Shown: positions 45,767 through 58,322, counted from the stretch's first letter. The stretch is 64,000 nucleotides of DNA from Corythoichthys intestinalis (GCF_030265065.1 NC_080408.1:22855480-22919479), one strand, 5' to 3'. Notes: generated by a model from the sequence alone, not told the origin. Made by a program: numbers and translations.

Positions 45767-46743
45767 TAGGGTTGTTCCGATCATGTTTTTTTGCTCCTGA
45801 TCCGATCCCGATCGTTTTAGTTTGAGTATCTGCCGATCCCGATATTTCCCGATCCGATTGCTTTTTTTTTGCTCCCGATTCAATTCCAATCAATCCCGAT
45901 AATTTTTCCCTTTCATATACATTTTGGCAATGCATTAAGAAAAAAATGAATAAAACTCGGACGAATACATTCAACATACAGTACATAAGTACTGTATTTG
46001 TTTATTATGACAATAAATCCTCAAGATGGCATTTACATTATTAACATTCTTTCTGTGAGAGGGATCCACAGATTGAAAGACTTGTGACTTTGTATATTGT
46101 GACTAAATATTGCCATCTAGTGTATTTGTTGAGCTTTCAGTAAATGATACTGTAGCCATGCCCAAATGCATTATGGGAAGTGGAACCATGACTGTGCGTA
46201 GTGCTACCAATTGATATATCTTCTCTGCATTGGGAAATAACATAAGTTGTTAAGAAAAAGATCAATTGCTACCCTGATTCCCCAAATTGCTTCCCATGAT
46301 ATTTCTAATCGTAGGGAGAGTGATTGTAAGGCTTTAGCCAATTAAAAAAAGGCTCCAAAGGCTGCCAAAATTCACTTTATTCATTTTACGATGCCTTTTA
46401 TCTCTCTATATAGGTAAAACGGCGCCATTACAGATTGAGCGCGACGATGTGTGAGTGGGTCGTGCAGTGCATGCATTAATTGCGGTAAATATTTTAACGT
46501 GATACATTTTTTTAAAAAATTAATTACCGCTGTTATCGGGATAAATTTGATAACCCTACCCTAAGCCTAAACTAAAGACTCTGGATGAGTGTAACATATT
46601 ATGTCTGTAATGTTAAATGCAATTAGAAAACAATTTAATTAAAAAAAAAATATATATTTAAAAAAGGCATGGCCGATATTTTTGGGGGGATTCCGATACT
46701 TTGGAAATGACGTGATCGGACCCGATCGATCGGGACATCTCTA
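45767..46743. mobile_element. Non-autonomous element (terminal inverted repeat CTAGGGTTGTTCCGATCATG ... GATCGATCGGGACATCTCTAG), copy 1
   Basis: About 90% identical to 47958-48972. Internal (ccgatc)-rich subterminal repeats. A hAT-like TAGGGCTATCAAATTTATC end is embedded at 46480-46560. Confidence 0.6.
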
Positions 46744-47163
46744 GTGTTAACATATGGCAGTTTAGGGTGGTTAAATGTAAGTGTAATATTGCATGTGTTT
46801 TACATTAGGGCTCGTTTATACTTAAACACTGAATTTGTTTTAGGACATTTTCATATTTATTATGGTCTTAAATATAAAACTAATTTATGTTTTTGAACAT
46901 AAAGTAGGTGTTATTAGTACACTTTCATGACTCTTTTGGTCTTTTAATAGACCAAAAACACAGTAAGTGTTGCGCACTGACTGTTTTAGTCTATTTCATC
47001 CTTTTATGGTTTTTAAGGCTTATTTACAACAATTCCAGGACCGTTTGGCTGAATGTTTTAGGACCATTTTAGACCTCATTTATTCTTGGACAATAACAAT
47101 GTGTGTGAACAGTACTTACTTTAGTGTAAAAATAATGCTAAAATAATGTGTTCTCATTTCCAG

Positions 47164-47235
47164 GAGTCGGCCGGCATGTTTAGCGGAATGTTTAAAAAGT
47201 CACCAAAGCCGTTAAAAGAAAAGACAAAGTCTCAG
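47164..47235 (+). CDS. Repeat-exon gene, basic module (ESAGMFSGMFKKSPKPLKEKTKSQ)
   Basis: Acceptor ttccag|GAG, donor CAG|gtgagc. 72 nt. Confidence 0.6.
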
Positions 47236-47317
47236 GTGAGCAGTTCAGTCCATTTTTTATAGCATTTTAGATAAGTGTATTATTTAGCAACTTTTTCCTA
47301 TTTGTTAACTGTTCCAG

Positions 47318-47383
47318 GATGATTTGTCTCAAACAAACGAGCTGTCGGCCAGCAATGAAAACCTGTCTGAGGGAGGGCCTAAG
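47318..47383 (+). CDS. Repeat-exon gene, acidic module (DDLSQTNELSASNENLSEGGPK)
   Basis: Acceptor gttccag|GAT, donor AAG|gtcagt. 66 nt. Confidence 0.6.
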
Positions 47384-47463
47384 GTCAGTAGCACTGAAGT
47401 TAGCGTACTTGTGTTACAGTGTCGTGACAACCGAAACACTAATGCTTCCTGTTGTGTCTGCAG

Positions 47464-47535
47464 GAGAAAGTAGGACTCTTTGGCGGGATGTTCAAAAAGC
47501 CCAAAATACCTAATATTGCAAGAACCAAGTCTCAG
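47464..47535 (+). CDS. Repeat-exon gene, basic module (EKVGLFGGMFKKPKIPNIARTKSQ)
   Basis: Acceptor ctgcag|GAG, donor CAG|gtcaga. 72 nt. Confidence 0.6.
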
Positions 47536-47957
47536 GTCAGAGAGAGGTGCAGTCTTAAATGTGACACGAACTGTATGATGGGTTTTGCATGTTTTTCAAG
47601 GCTTTTTTGTGCCTTTAACTTTTAACTTGTTGGGTTAAATGACAATCTTAATATTGTACATGATTTTGTCTCGAGTAGAACTGACTGTATAAGACAATTT
47701 ATAAAACTTTTTAATACTTTTTATCTTTTAATATGATATGGATTGTGTTAACAGTTTTATCACTCTCGTGGTCTTAAATGCAACACTGACACTGTTTTAT
47801 TTTAGACCTCTTTTGGTCTCGTGCAATAGTCTGGACATGTGAAGACTAATTCATAGCCATTTTTTGTTCATATCTGGACGGTTTCAGGCCTTTTGTATGC
47901 AAGACGGATTGTGTTTTTAGGCCATTTCACACTTCTAGCTGTTTTAGAATAATTCCT

Positions 47958-48972
47958 GGTAGGGTTGTTCCGATCATGTTTTTTTGCTCCCGATCCGATC
48001 CCGATGGTTTTAGTTTGAGTATCTGCCGGTCCCGATATTTCCCGATCCGATTGCTTTTTTTTTTTTTTGCTCCCGATTCAATTCCAATCATTCCCGATAA
48101 TTTTTTCTGATCATATTCATTTTGGCAATGCATTAAGAAAAAAATGAATAAAACTCGGACGAATATATACATTCAACATACAGTACATAAAGTAAGTAGT
48201 GTATTTGTTTATTATGACAATAAATCCTCAAGATGGCATTTACATTATTAACATTCTTTCTGTGAGAGGGATCCACGGATGGAAAGACTTGTAAATCTCA
48301 AAGGATAAATGTGACTTTGTAGATTGTGACTAAATATTGCCATCTAGTGTATTTGTTGAGCTTTCAGTAAATGATACTGTAGCCATTTAACTGTTCTGCC
48401 CAAATGCATGATGGGAAGTGCAACCATGACTTGCCTAGTGGCACCAATTGATATATCTTCTCTGCGTTGAGAAATAACATAGGGTGTTAAGAAAAAGATC
48501 AACTGCTACCTTTCTTCCCCAAACTGCTTCCCACGATATTTCTAATTGTTTAGAGAGGGGTTGTAACGCCTTAGCCATTTAAAACAAGGCTCCAAAGACT
48601 GCCAAATTTCACTCTACTCATTTTACGCTGCCTTTTAGCTCTATATATAGGTAAAACGGCGCCATTATAGATTGAAAGCAACAATGCATGAGTGGGTCGT
48701 GCAGCGCATGCATTAATTGCGTTATATATTTTAACGTGATTAATTTTTAAAAAATTAATTACCGCCGTTAACGCGATAAATTTGATAGCCCTACTTTAAG
48801 CCAAAACTAAAGACTAGATGAGTGTAAGACATTTTGTCTGTAACATTAAATACAATTAGAAAACGATTTAATTAAAAAATATATATATATTCAAAAAAGG
48901 CATGTCCGATATTTTTTTGCCGATTCCGATACTTTGAAAATGACGTGATCGGACCCGATCGACCGGGACATC
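47958..48972. mobile_element. Non-autonomous element of the same family, copy 2
   Basis: Same terminal inverted repeats. The flanking sequence differs from copy 1, so this is an independent insertion. Confidence 0.6.
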
Positions 48973-49140
48973 TTTAATTCCTGGACTTTTTGATCTTGAA
49001 AAACTGCTCATTTTCAAAACAGGCTTAATAGTACAGGTGAGGAAAGACTCTGTGTACTAGTCATTTAGCAATTTTCAATTCTAAACAAGAAACAAAATAG
49101 CCAGAAATGTGTGTTGTTAACATTTTTCGACCCCGGGTTA

Positions 49141-49205
49141 AGCAGCAGATGATGATGGATGGATGGATAGATGGATGGATGGATGGATGGATGGATGGAT
49201 GGACG
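49141..49205. repeat. (GGAT)n microsatellite
   Basis: About 16 units, with variants ggac and agat. Confidence 0.9.
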
Positions 49206-50649
49206 GACGGACATGAAATCAACCAAAATAAGCTTTGATTTCAATTTGATGTTTATATTTAAAAAAAAAAAAAAAAGTTTAAAAGTACAGGCTTGCGCCA
49301 TGATTTTATCATCAAAAGTTGGAAGTTAAGGAATCACACACCAAATGTGCTAATTTGCTTTAACAAATTCATGTTTGCAACACGGATATTATAAGCAAAC
49401 AACTTTGTGTCTGTGATCTCAATAAATCAGAATTAATGATAAAGTCATCCTCCGAGCCTGCATGTTCATGAAAATGTAAAATCTAATCAATTTTCGGTGA
49501 TGTTTTTACACGAAACAAGAAATTCCAAAAGCGCATGTTCTGGCTGATCTAGTTCTTTTATTTGAAATTGAAAAATTAAAGATATGATACATTGGTTGAA
49601 TAAGTCAAGCTCAGTATGGTATAATTGACACACTGCTGAAAGAAATCGAGTTACCGAACCTAATTGCTTCACGAATCAAAGAGGACGAAGAGATGGACGG
49701 AAAGTTTTCATTATATTTTTGTTTTTATAACATGTGCTCTTTAATTATATAGCACTTTGGTATATAGTAGCTGTTGATAAAGCATTACAAAATGTTGTCG
49801 TTGAATTTTTTTTTTTTAAAGGTCAGGTTTAGAGCCCATTTTGAGAACTTTTTTGTAAAATACTACTATCTTACTATTTTGCCTTGAATTTAGGTCAAGG
49901 CAAGAAACACAGGCAGGGAGGGAAGTTTGGTCTTTCTGGAGAGAAGTTTGCAGCAGATGTTCAGCTTGATTAGCTTGCTCTAACCACTGCCACTCGCTAC
50001 TTCTACTTTATTCAACAAGGGGCAGGAGCAAATTAACATACAATAGATTCACTTGTGTTTGGGCAGGTCTACGGAATACTCATATATGTTTACAGAAGAC
50101 TGAGGTAACCTCAGTCCTCGACTGATATAATCAATGATTCATCAACTCAGACTACTAATCACAGAGTGGTCACACAGTCAGTTCAAAAGTATAAGAACTG
50201 TGCAACATACAAATATTTTTGGAACAGTTTCACGTGATATAAATGTATAAGGAAACATCAAATCATAACAATCTATGTGAATAGGCATGTGCCAGTATGA
50301 TATTCTGACGGTATGATAACCTTAAGCCAAAATATCAATGTTTCATGTGTTACTTTGATATATCTGAGTATAAAAAAATGGGGAAAAAAAACTTTTTTCC
50401 ACTCAACAGAATTTTAACTTTTCAAAACGTATAGGAAATTGGAAAATAAGTATAATGTTAAGTTAAAAAAAAAAATCTAAATCAACTGAAAATAAATGCA
50501 GTCCTTTAGGTAGCCTAAACCCACAACCACAGCTCAACATTATTACCATCAGAACAAAAATAATTGAATTATTTTCCATAAAAAGCATGTGTGTATGACT
50601 CGTATCATGTTTAAATTATACACACACTCTTTCTCAACACAGACAGTTG

Positions 50650-51535
50650 CCAGAACGAAAAAACACCACGTTTTACCCGGGTCTATGACAAGCATGATGC
50701 TTACTCTCGGGACGCAATGCGGTCCGTTTCTCATTGCGTCCCGAAGACCGCGCTGTGTATTAGTTCCGCTTTACTTGACATATTTCAATAATCGGAATTT
50801 GGATGTTTGTGAATCGTTCTCGAATCTTCCACGGCCGAATCGCTCAAGGATGTAATGACGGCTGGCCACGCTGTACCGTGGTTCTAAGTGTTGGATGGTG
50901 CGTCTTTACTCACGAGAGATAATGGCTCGTCATCCAGAATGAATTCTTCGGCAATGACTCTTGTTATTCCCTGGGCTTTGGGACTGTCGAGTGCCAGTTT
51001 GTCACGCATAGCAAAAGTTTCCGCCAGTATTAGTTGCGTAGGACCTTTCTTTTTGTCTTCGGTTTTCTTAACATGATACTCGTTATATTGTTTGTGGTGG
51101 TATTTCCCTAAATGCTTGATTAGGTTGGTTGTATTAAAACTTCTTACAGCTTTACCACCATGCTTGACTTTATTGTGGCATATGTTGCACTCTGCCTCTT
51201 CATCTTTGTTGTCCTTTAAGGTGAAATGATCCCACACAGCTGACATTTTTACCGATAAAGTCTCTCGGTAAATTGGGAGACGGTAATGTAAATGTAGTGT
51301 GTTGAAGGTGTGCCGTAAAATGCGGACCGGATTTTAGGGAAACCGAAGCAAAAACTGGAATGGATTATGTAAATCGGTGCGCTGGAAAACCTGGACAGGA
51401 CTTTTTTTTTTAAAAACTGGATTGGAAGTCTGGATCGGAATTTTTCCGTGTTGGCCGATCCGATACCGATGCGCATTTTTTTGCCCATATCGGCGTCCGA
51501 TCTGATCCAAATATCGGCTCGGGACATCTCTATTC
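50650..51535 (-). mobile_element. Truncated hAT-like element carrying the BED-finger ORF (terminus 51505-51535 related to the 45767 / 47958 family)
   Basis: The terminus ..atcggctcgggacatctctattc matches the ..GGGACATCTCTAG ends. The left boundary is undefined because it merges into the 50650-50860 dispersed repeat. Confidence 0.4.
50884..51246 (-). CDS. BED-type zinc-finger ORF (hAT transposase N-terminus), 120 aa, no catalytic domain
   Basis: MSAVWDHF..AECNICHNKVKHGG..TTNLIKHLGKYHHKQY gives the BED-finger pattern SxVWxHF...C..C....T.NL..HL...H. It sits next to a hAT-like terminus GGGACATCTC at 51505-51535. Confidence 0.55.
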   Translation of the reverse strand: MSAVWDHFTLKDNKDEEAECNICHNKVKHGGKAVRSFNTTNLIKHLGKYHHKQYNEYHVKKTEDKKKGPTQLILAETFAMRDKLALDSPKAQGITRVIAEEFILDDEPLSLVSKDAPSNT

Positions 51536-51709
51536 ATAACATGGTAAACCTTGAATCCGGTAATCGGCACATGCTTATATGTGAAGCATATAATGAGTTA
51601 ACATGTTGAACATTTTTATATGTATTATATTCACATATTTGATTTGACTGTCTTCAATTTGAATGAAACTTTTTGTGTAAAGAACTATTAAATTTTTTGT
51701 GTCTTTTAG

Positions 51710-51829
51710 GAGGATCTGACTGCGAGCAGTGAACTGTCTGCCAGCAGCGACAACCTCACGGAGAAGACGTCTAAGGAGAAGTCTGAAGGCTTCAAAGAAA
51801 ACCTGATGGAGAAGCCTAAAGTCAAACAG
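51710..51829 (+). CDS. Repeat-exon gene (EDLTASSELSASSDNLTEKTSKEKSEGFKENLMEKPKVKQ)
   Basis: Acceptor cttttag|GAG, donor CAG|gttatc. 120 nt. Confidence 0.55.
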
Positions 51830-51917
51830 GTTATCAATAAAGCTCATCAATCAAGGGTTTTGTTTTTTTTTTGTTGGGGAGAGCGCGACCATTAACATTA
51901 GTGTGATTGCGTTTCAG

Positions 51918-51965
51918 AACGGCTTCAGCGCCATGATGAAGAATGCCTTCCACTCTGACAAACAC
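51918..51965 (+). CDS. Repeat-exon gene (NGFSAMMKNAFHSDKH)
   Basis: Acceptor gtttcag|AAC, donor CAC|gtgcgt. 48 nt. Confidence 0.5.
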
Positions 51966-52062
51966 GTGCGTTTGTTTGTTTCTACTTTCAGTAGTATTGA
52001 CGATGGAAGACTTCCAGTCGTGTGGCTTCTTTCTTCCTTCTGCTGTGAATTTAAATTAGTTT

Positions 52063-52180
52063 GTCAGTAGCAGACATCCAATCCCTTTGAACTGTGAGGG
52101 TTATCATGGAATGAATATTAGGAATATAGGAATATTAATTAGCTGCCAGCTCTTCCAGTTCAAATGGATTGAATGTCTTT
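52063..52180. mobile_element. GACGTCCAATCC MITE copy
   Basis: Terminal inverted repeats gtagcagacatccaatccctttgaactg / ccagttcaaatggattgaatgtc. Confidence 0.55.
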
Positions 52181-52931
52181 TTTTCCGTCAATAAATTAAT
52201 TAAAAGCTGCTTCATAGACTTCATAATGATATTGACGGGACACTTTCCCCAGATACTGCGCCACGCCTTTAAGTAGGGGCCGTCCCACACTCTGCTTCAG
52301 TCGGTCGCAGCTATTCTCAAACACATGCAGCGAGCCAACGCCGGATTTAGGTTGAAAAAGTATGAAAGCTGTATCGCATACAAACAAGAAAGATTGTCTC
52401 AGGAGTGATTTGTTCGAGGATTCAAGGTAATTATTATATTTTGTGTACCATGCATCCATTTTGAAACGTGAAAAAAATCAATGGGAGACATAAACTACTA
52501 CGGCATTGGCGTCATAATTTGCAATATTTACGTAAAATAAATGCTTACTGCCCGTTTTTTTTTTGTTTTGTTTTGTTTTAACCAATAATCTATAAAGAAT
52601 TCAGGGATTTACGCATTTATTCACAACAATTTTCAACGTAAAAAGCTCTTTATGGTGATAATGTTAGCAGCACATTCAACATATTTACGTACATTAAATG
52701 CTAACTGCCTGTTTTTTTTTTGCTTTTAACCAAGAATCCAGACTGTTTTCCGCTCATATCTTTAAAGAATTCAGGGATTTAAGCATTTATTCACAAGAGT
52801 TTTCAACGTAAAAAGCTCTTTGTCTGTGTTTATCCACTCAGTCAGCTTTGACGGAGATCGGCCCCGTTTCCTGTCAATATATTATGAAATCTATGGCTAC
52901 CTTTATTTTATTTATTTATGATATTGCTTGT

Positions 52932-52991
52932 GGTTGTTTAGGATGAGGATAACACTGAGGAAACGTCGGAAAAGAGCGAGAATCAGGCTGG
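52932..52991 (+). CDS. Repeat-exon gene (DEDNTEETSEKSENQAGHKQ)
   Basis: Acceptor tgtttag|GAT, donor CAG|gtacta. 60 nt. Confidence 0.55.
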
Positions 52992-53080
52992 CCATAAACA
53001 GGTACTACAAGTTGTTTTGAGGAAATCGTTAGCCTTTTTACTTATGTTTATGTTCATCATTTTTCAACATTTCTCTTCAG

Positions 53081-53200
53081 AGTAAGCTCTCAGACGCCAT
53101 GAACAAACTGAATCCATTCCGATCCGGAAAGGACAAGCAGAGTGACTCCAGCGACGAAGATGTGCCCGCTTCTAGCAGCAAGTCATCCGGCCACAAACAG
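53081..53200 (+). CDS. Repeat-exon gene, NPF module (SKLSDAMNKLNPFRSGKDKQSDSSDEDVPASSSKSSGHKQ)
   Basis: Acceptor tcttcag|AGT, donor CAG|gtactg. 120 nt. Confidence 0.6.
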
Positions 53201-53294
53201 GTACTGAAACCTTCGTCATGTGATACCTGGAGGGGGAGGGGCCAAAAAGGTAGTGCTTATCTTCTATATTTGAATGTGTACTCTCCTCCATCAG

Positions 53295-53348
53295 AATGCC
53301 ATGGTGGAAGCTATGTCCAAACTGAACCCGTTCAAGTCTGCCAATAAA
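53295..53348 (+). CDS. Repeat-exon gene, NPF module (NAMVEAMSKLNPFKSANK)
   Basis: Acceptor ccatcag|AAT, donor AAA|gtaact. 54 nt. Paralogue of the previous exon. Confidence 0.6.
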
Positions 53349-54227
53349 GTAACTTGATTAGGTCCATTCTTTAGTTTAGCTAAATGGTGGCGGTGTTAGC
53401 TTATCGGTGACTGCTCTTTTGGTCTGGCTTTATTGTTTAACTACATGTCTGGTTTTAAAGGCGTTGCTACTACATTTCCTATCAATTTTAAGACCAATTT
53501 TGACTGTTTTTATATATTTTCAGTCGCCTGGTTTTCAAGTAAAGACGGAAAGTGTTTGAACTCATTGACTGCCATCAGCGGCGAACCCTACCAGTTACTC
53601 TATCACCGTCAATGGCAATGAATTATTTATGTCAATATTTGGACTGTTTTGGTATTAAGTGTATATACTGACAGCGTTTAGGGATTCTTGATTTTGTTAT
53701 GGCATTTTCAGAGGCCTTTTTGTCTGCTTTTGTATAATCTTGGGAATCTGGTCTGGCAATACCGTCTTGTATAGCAACTCGCAAACTCTGTTTGTAGTCA
53801 CTGTGTTTTAGAATCTTGTCTGACTGTTTTAAACAACTTTTGGTCTTTATTACTATGCTGTGTCAATTAATGGAAATAATATTGGTAGCGTTTGTAAAAT
53901 TTTAGAGTTCATTTGTTGTTTAACATTAACTGCCATTGATGAACAATTATGCGACTTCTTTGTGGGACAACATTGAACGTGATGCAGAGTGCACTTTCAT
54001 ACAATACGGGGAGTCTTTCATTCTTAAAAACTGCTTTGTAATCTCTCTCACGGCAAATCAAACAGCATTTTGCTGCATTTTGGCAACCGTGAAAAGATGG
54101 CCATGAGATGAGATGGCTTGGATACATGTGGCTTGCTTACACAGTAACAACTGATTTGCTGACATCTGAATGTTTTCATATAAAGCACAAAGATCTAACT
54201 TGCACTGAACCCTCCTCTTTTACATAG

Positions 54228-54290
54228 AAAGACACCGAAGACCCCGAGATGCTCAAAGACACTGACAAGCAAGTGGAGGGGAAGCAGAAA
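54228..54290 (+). CDS. Repeat-exon gene (KDTEDPEMLKDTDKQVEGKQK)
   Basis: Acceptor tacatag|AAA, donor AAA|gtactg. 63 nt. Confidence 0.5.
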
Positions 54291-54519
54291 GTACTGCATT
54301 TTTATTATCATGAGTAATCAGTGGCAGCACACGCACATATCCTGTCTTTTTAAATCCTTCCTGTGTGTTATTCTGGCTAGCTCAAATACGACGTTGACAG
54401 AGAGAGAAAGCAGAGAAGTGAAACGCCGCTGCTTCCACGTCGACCCGCTCATGAGGTTTGTCAGAAATAGATTTTCACTTGGCGCCTGTGTGCCGACACA
54501 TCCGCTCGTGTCTTCACAG

Positions 54520-54579
54520 GAGAAAAACGGGACACCGGCTCAAGACAAAGCTAAGTCCAAAACATCTGAAGACTCTAAG
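54520..54579 (+). CDS. Repeat-exon gene (EKNGTPAQDKAKSKTSEDSK)
   Basis: Acceptor ttcacag|GAG, donor AAG|gtactt. 60 nt. Confidence 0.55.
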
Positions 54580-54667
54580 GTACTTACTGACTGGTTACTG
54601 GATTGTCTGATACCAGTTTTTTTGTATGCTGTTGGGCAACAAATAGCATGTATTTGCCCCCCTGAAG

Positions 54668-54745
54668 GAAAAAAAGGACATGACGTCCCGGCAGAAGGCT
54701 GACAAGGAAGTTCCCAAAGTTCCTCCGAATAAGCCTTCACAGGAG
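54668..54745 (+). CDS. Repeat-exon gene (EKKDMTSRQKADKEVPKVPPNKPSQE)
   Basis: Acceptor cctgaag|GAA, donor GAG|gtagga. 78 nt. The frame stays open beyond the donor, so the end is uncertain. Confidence 0.45.
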
Positions 54746-55285
54746 GTAGGAGGAGCCTCTGCTGTTGTTTGTGTACATCCAAAAACATTCATGAAAGGCT
54801 CTGAAACGGGACGACAGCACATTCAGCAAGGCATTCAAAATGAAGAAGTGCCTAAAATTGTCCCAAAGAAGCCAAAGCTTTCTGAACTCAACTTAAAACA
54901 GTGTCCTGTTGAAAGGGTCAAAGATAGTTTTAAAAGTTTCTACGGATCATTGTTTTTATTATATTTTAAATTCAAGGAAATATATGTTCGTAATCTGTTT
55001 TTTAAATTTTATAATTCTAATTTAAAGATATTAATTCATTTTTTAATTTTTTAATCTTGCACTAGCCATTTTGTTTTTCTCATTTTTATTAATTTATTTT
55101 TAAATTGTAAAATGAAAACTTTTACATTCTTCTATCAACATGTATATTTTTGTTGGATAAAATTCATTTTAGTTATTTGTTAAATTCTAGGCATTTGCAT
55201 TTTTTTTTTTTTTTAATACTATATAGGTTTTTGTTCTTTTGTTTAGCTTTATTTACTCGTTGAACTCATTGACTGCCACTGAAAG

Positions 55286-55376
55286 CGCTAGACGTCCAAT
55301 CCAGTTTTGACTGGGAGGGCTTGCAGCGACTGATCGCTGCCATGCCTCCCAGTCAAAATTAATTGGACGTCTCTCG
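55286..55376. mobile_element. GACGTCCAATCC MITE copy
   Basis: gctagacgtccaatccagttttgactgggagg ... cctcccagtcaaaattaattggacgtctct. Confidence 0.55.
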
Positions 55377-55560
55377 TTGTCAATGGAAGGCAATGAGAAA
55401 ATACTATGAAATACAATTAATTGTTATGGGGGTCCGTAACATAATGTAGTCTATTTGTTTTTATTCCTTTAAATTTTATTTAGTTTTATTAACATTTTTA
55501 TATTGTATGACTGTATCTATTCATACAGATATTTTCTATAATTATATCTATTACATATTA

Positions 55561-57162
55561 CAGTGTTGAGCAGAAGTATTTGCACCCCTTGTGATTTTGC
55601 AAGTTCACCAATTTAGAAAATAGGTAGAGGTCTGAAATTTCGATCATAAATGCATTTCCACTCATGGCGACATAATCTTAAAAAAAAAAAAAAAAAAAAT
55701 CCAGAAATCACGTTTTACGATTTTTAAAAATAATTTATTTTGTGATTTACTGGGTTTCATGAGTATATGTACCCCTGAGAAAATCAGTGCTAATATTTAG
55801 TGCAGAAGGCTTTGCAATTACAGAGGTCAGATGCTTTCTTCACATGCTTTCACATATGGAAACAGGGATTTTGTTCGTTTCGTTCCCGTTCCTCCACACA
55901 AATCTTCATTTGATCTGTCAGGTTTCGGGCCTGTCGTTGAGAACCACGAAGTTTCAGCTTCATCCAAAGATTTTCTATTGGATTGAGGTCTGGAGACTGG
56001 CTAGGCCACTCCAGAACCTTGATATGCTTTTTATGCAGCCACTCCTTGGTCAGTTTTGCTGTGGATCTTTGTCATGTTGGAAGATCCAGCCACGACTCAT
56101 CTTCAAGTCTCTGAGTGTTGGAAGGAGGTTGTGGCTCAAAATCTAACGATACATTTCACAATTCATCCTCTGCTTTATACAGTACAGTCGTCCTGCCCCT
56201 TTTGCCGAAAAGCAGCCCCAAAAAATGAGGTTTCCACCTCAATACTTTACAGTGGGGATGGTGTTCTTGGGATTGTACTCATCTTTCTTTTTCCTTCACA
56301 CACATGAGTTAAGTTTGCACCATAAAGTTCTGTTTTGGTCTCATCTGACCACATGACTTTCTCACATGACCCCTCTGCATCATTCAGATGATGTCTGGCA
56401 AACTTCAGACAGGCATTCACATGTACTGGCTTCAACAGGGGAACCTTCTGAGCAATGCATGATTTTAAACCATTGCACTGTCGTGTTCTACTGACAGTAG
56501 CCTATGAAACTGTGCATCCAGCTCTCTTCAGTTCATTGACCAGCTCCTGCCGTGTAGTTCTAGGCTGAGCCCTCACTTTTCTCATCATGACTGATGCCCC
56601 ACAAGGAGAGACTTTACATGTAGCCCAGTCCGAGGTAGATTATCAGTCATGTTTAGCCCTTTCTATTTTCAACCAATTGCTGCAGCTGTTGATTTATTCT
56701 CACCAAGCTGCTTTCCAATTGTCCCATAGCATTTTCCAGCTTTGTGGAGCTCGATAATTTTTTTCTCTGCTGTCTTTCGAAAGCTCTCTGGTCTTGCCCA
56801 TGGTAGCAGTTGGATTATGTCTGACTGTGGGGTGCACAGGTAACAAATGTGAGCTCAAACAGGTGGTGGGTGGGTGTAATGGTGTAAAGGTGGACTTTTT
56901 TTTTTTTTTTTTAAGGTAGACTGACAACTCTTTGAGTGTCATAATTATTGCTGATTCCCATGGATACAAATGCTTATGAACCCCAGTAAATTACAAATAA
57001 CTAATTTCTAAAAATCATACAATGCGAGTTCTGAATTTTTGTTAGATTACATCTCAATGAGTGAAAATGCATCTATAATTGAAATATTAGACCTCTGCCT
57101 ATTTTCTAAGTGGGTGAACTTGCAAAATCAAAAGGGGTGAAAATACTTATATACACACAGTA
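55561..57162 (-). mobile_element. Decayed Tc1-family transposon (TA|CAGTGTTGAGCAGAAGTATTTGCACCCC terminus)
   Basis: About 90-bp inverted repeats at 55561-55650 and 57045-57162. Transposase fragments on the - strand: MGKTRELSKDSREK.. (56700-56969) and ..WSDETKTELYG.. (56247-56435). Confidence 0.75.
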
Positions 57163-57492
57163 TAATATAAATTGAGACCTGAATTCCACATTGAAGTTCT
57201 GAAACTATCCCAAAAGAAACTCTTTGTTACATTTAAGCCAGGAAAAAAAGTCAAATTTAAATAACAAATAAATAGATAAATAAAACAAATAACAATCAGT
57301 GTAGCTTTTTAAAGCATAACACTAATTTTTTCCCAAAAACTCTCGGAAAGGGTTTTGAAATAGGCGTAATCGCCGTCTGAGTTACATTCAAAACAGAAAT
57401 AAACTTGATAAACTTTATAAAGATAGTTCAGCATCGAATACTAAAAGAGTCATTAAATTGTCCTAAAACCTTGCCAGTGTAATATATTATAA

Positions 57493-58255
57493 CACAGTCA
57501 TACCCCTTTCCCACTGGCCAAAAAACCCGTGTCAACCCACTAACAATCGGCTTTTGGTGGCAGTGGGAAAGTGCAGCGACCCGCCTCGACCCGTGTCAAT
57601 CAACCCGCCAAGCGACCTGCGTTAAAATCCCCTCGGCTATGATCGCGATGCAGTGTGAAAGCAAAACCCCGGGTCAACAGTCAACACCCTAATCTACGTG
57701 GTGACGTAGGCTAGTACGTGATGCGTCATAACAAAAAACAAAAACCATGTGCTCTAGCCCGGATCCACATACGGCGAACAGTCGGTGTAGCAGCGTTAGC
57801 AATAGCCATAACAGATAAAACAAAGGCGCTTCTCCTCCTTCTGTGACGTACACGACTCCTTTCAATTTCAAGCCAAAATTCAAGTTGCCTACGTTGCCTC
57901 AGCACAAGCAGAGTGTTGATCCTTTGCTGCACTTCGACCATTTTGAGGGCAGTAAAAAGCATGAAAACAGAGAACACAAATGGAAAGGAGGCTTCTATGT
58001 TGCTTTGCATCGTTTACTTCCTTGAACTGAATGAATTCGTTCGCACTTGTCGAAGCGCATCTTAGCGTGGTGACGTCACGAACCTAACGCCCGGCTGAGG
58101 AGGGGTGGGGGTTCGACGGATGAAAAAAAAAAAAAAAAAAAGACACAGCTTTTTTTTTGTCAATGGGAAAGGTGCCAAATGCCAATCGCTAGTGGGATTC
58201 ATCGGCTTGGAAAAACGCGCGCTGACCCACTAGTTTCAGTGGGAAAGGGGCATCA
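57493..58255. mobile_element. Non-autonomous element with terminal inverted repeats CCCTTTCCCACTGGCCAAAAAACCCG / ..CACTAGTTTCAGTGGGAAAGGGG
   Basis: Inverted termini plus internal reiterations of cagtgggaaag. Lies about 65 bp upstream of the exon at 58323. Confidence 0.5.
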
Positions 58256-58322
58256 GTGTCCAAACCTAAGAAGTGTGTGTTCGCACGTGATTTGCTCCTT
58301 ATACACGGATATTGGATTCCAG

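Noticed and set aside
49065-49301. 78-aa - strand ORF with [12 protein letters not shown]
   Set aside because: It is a translation of the (GGAT)n microsatellite.
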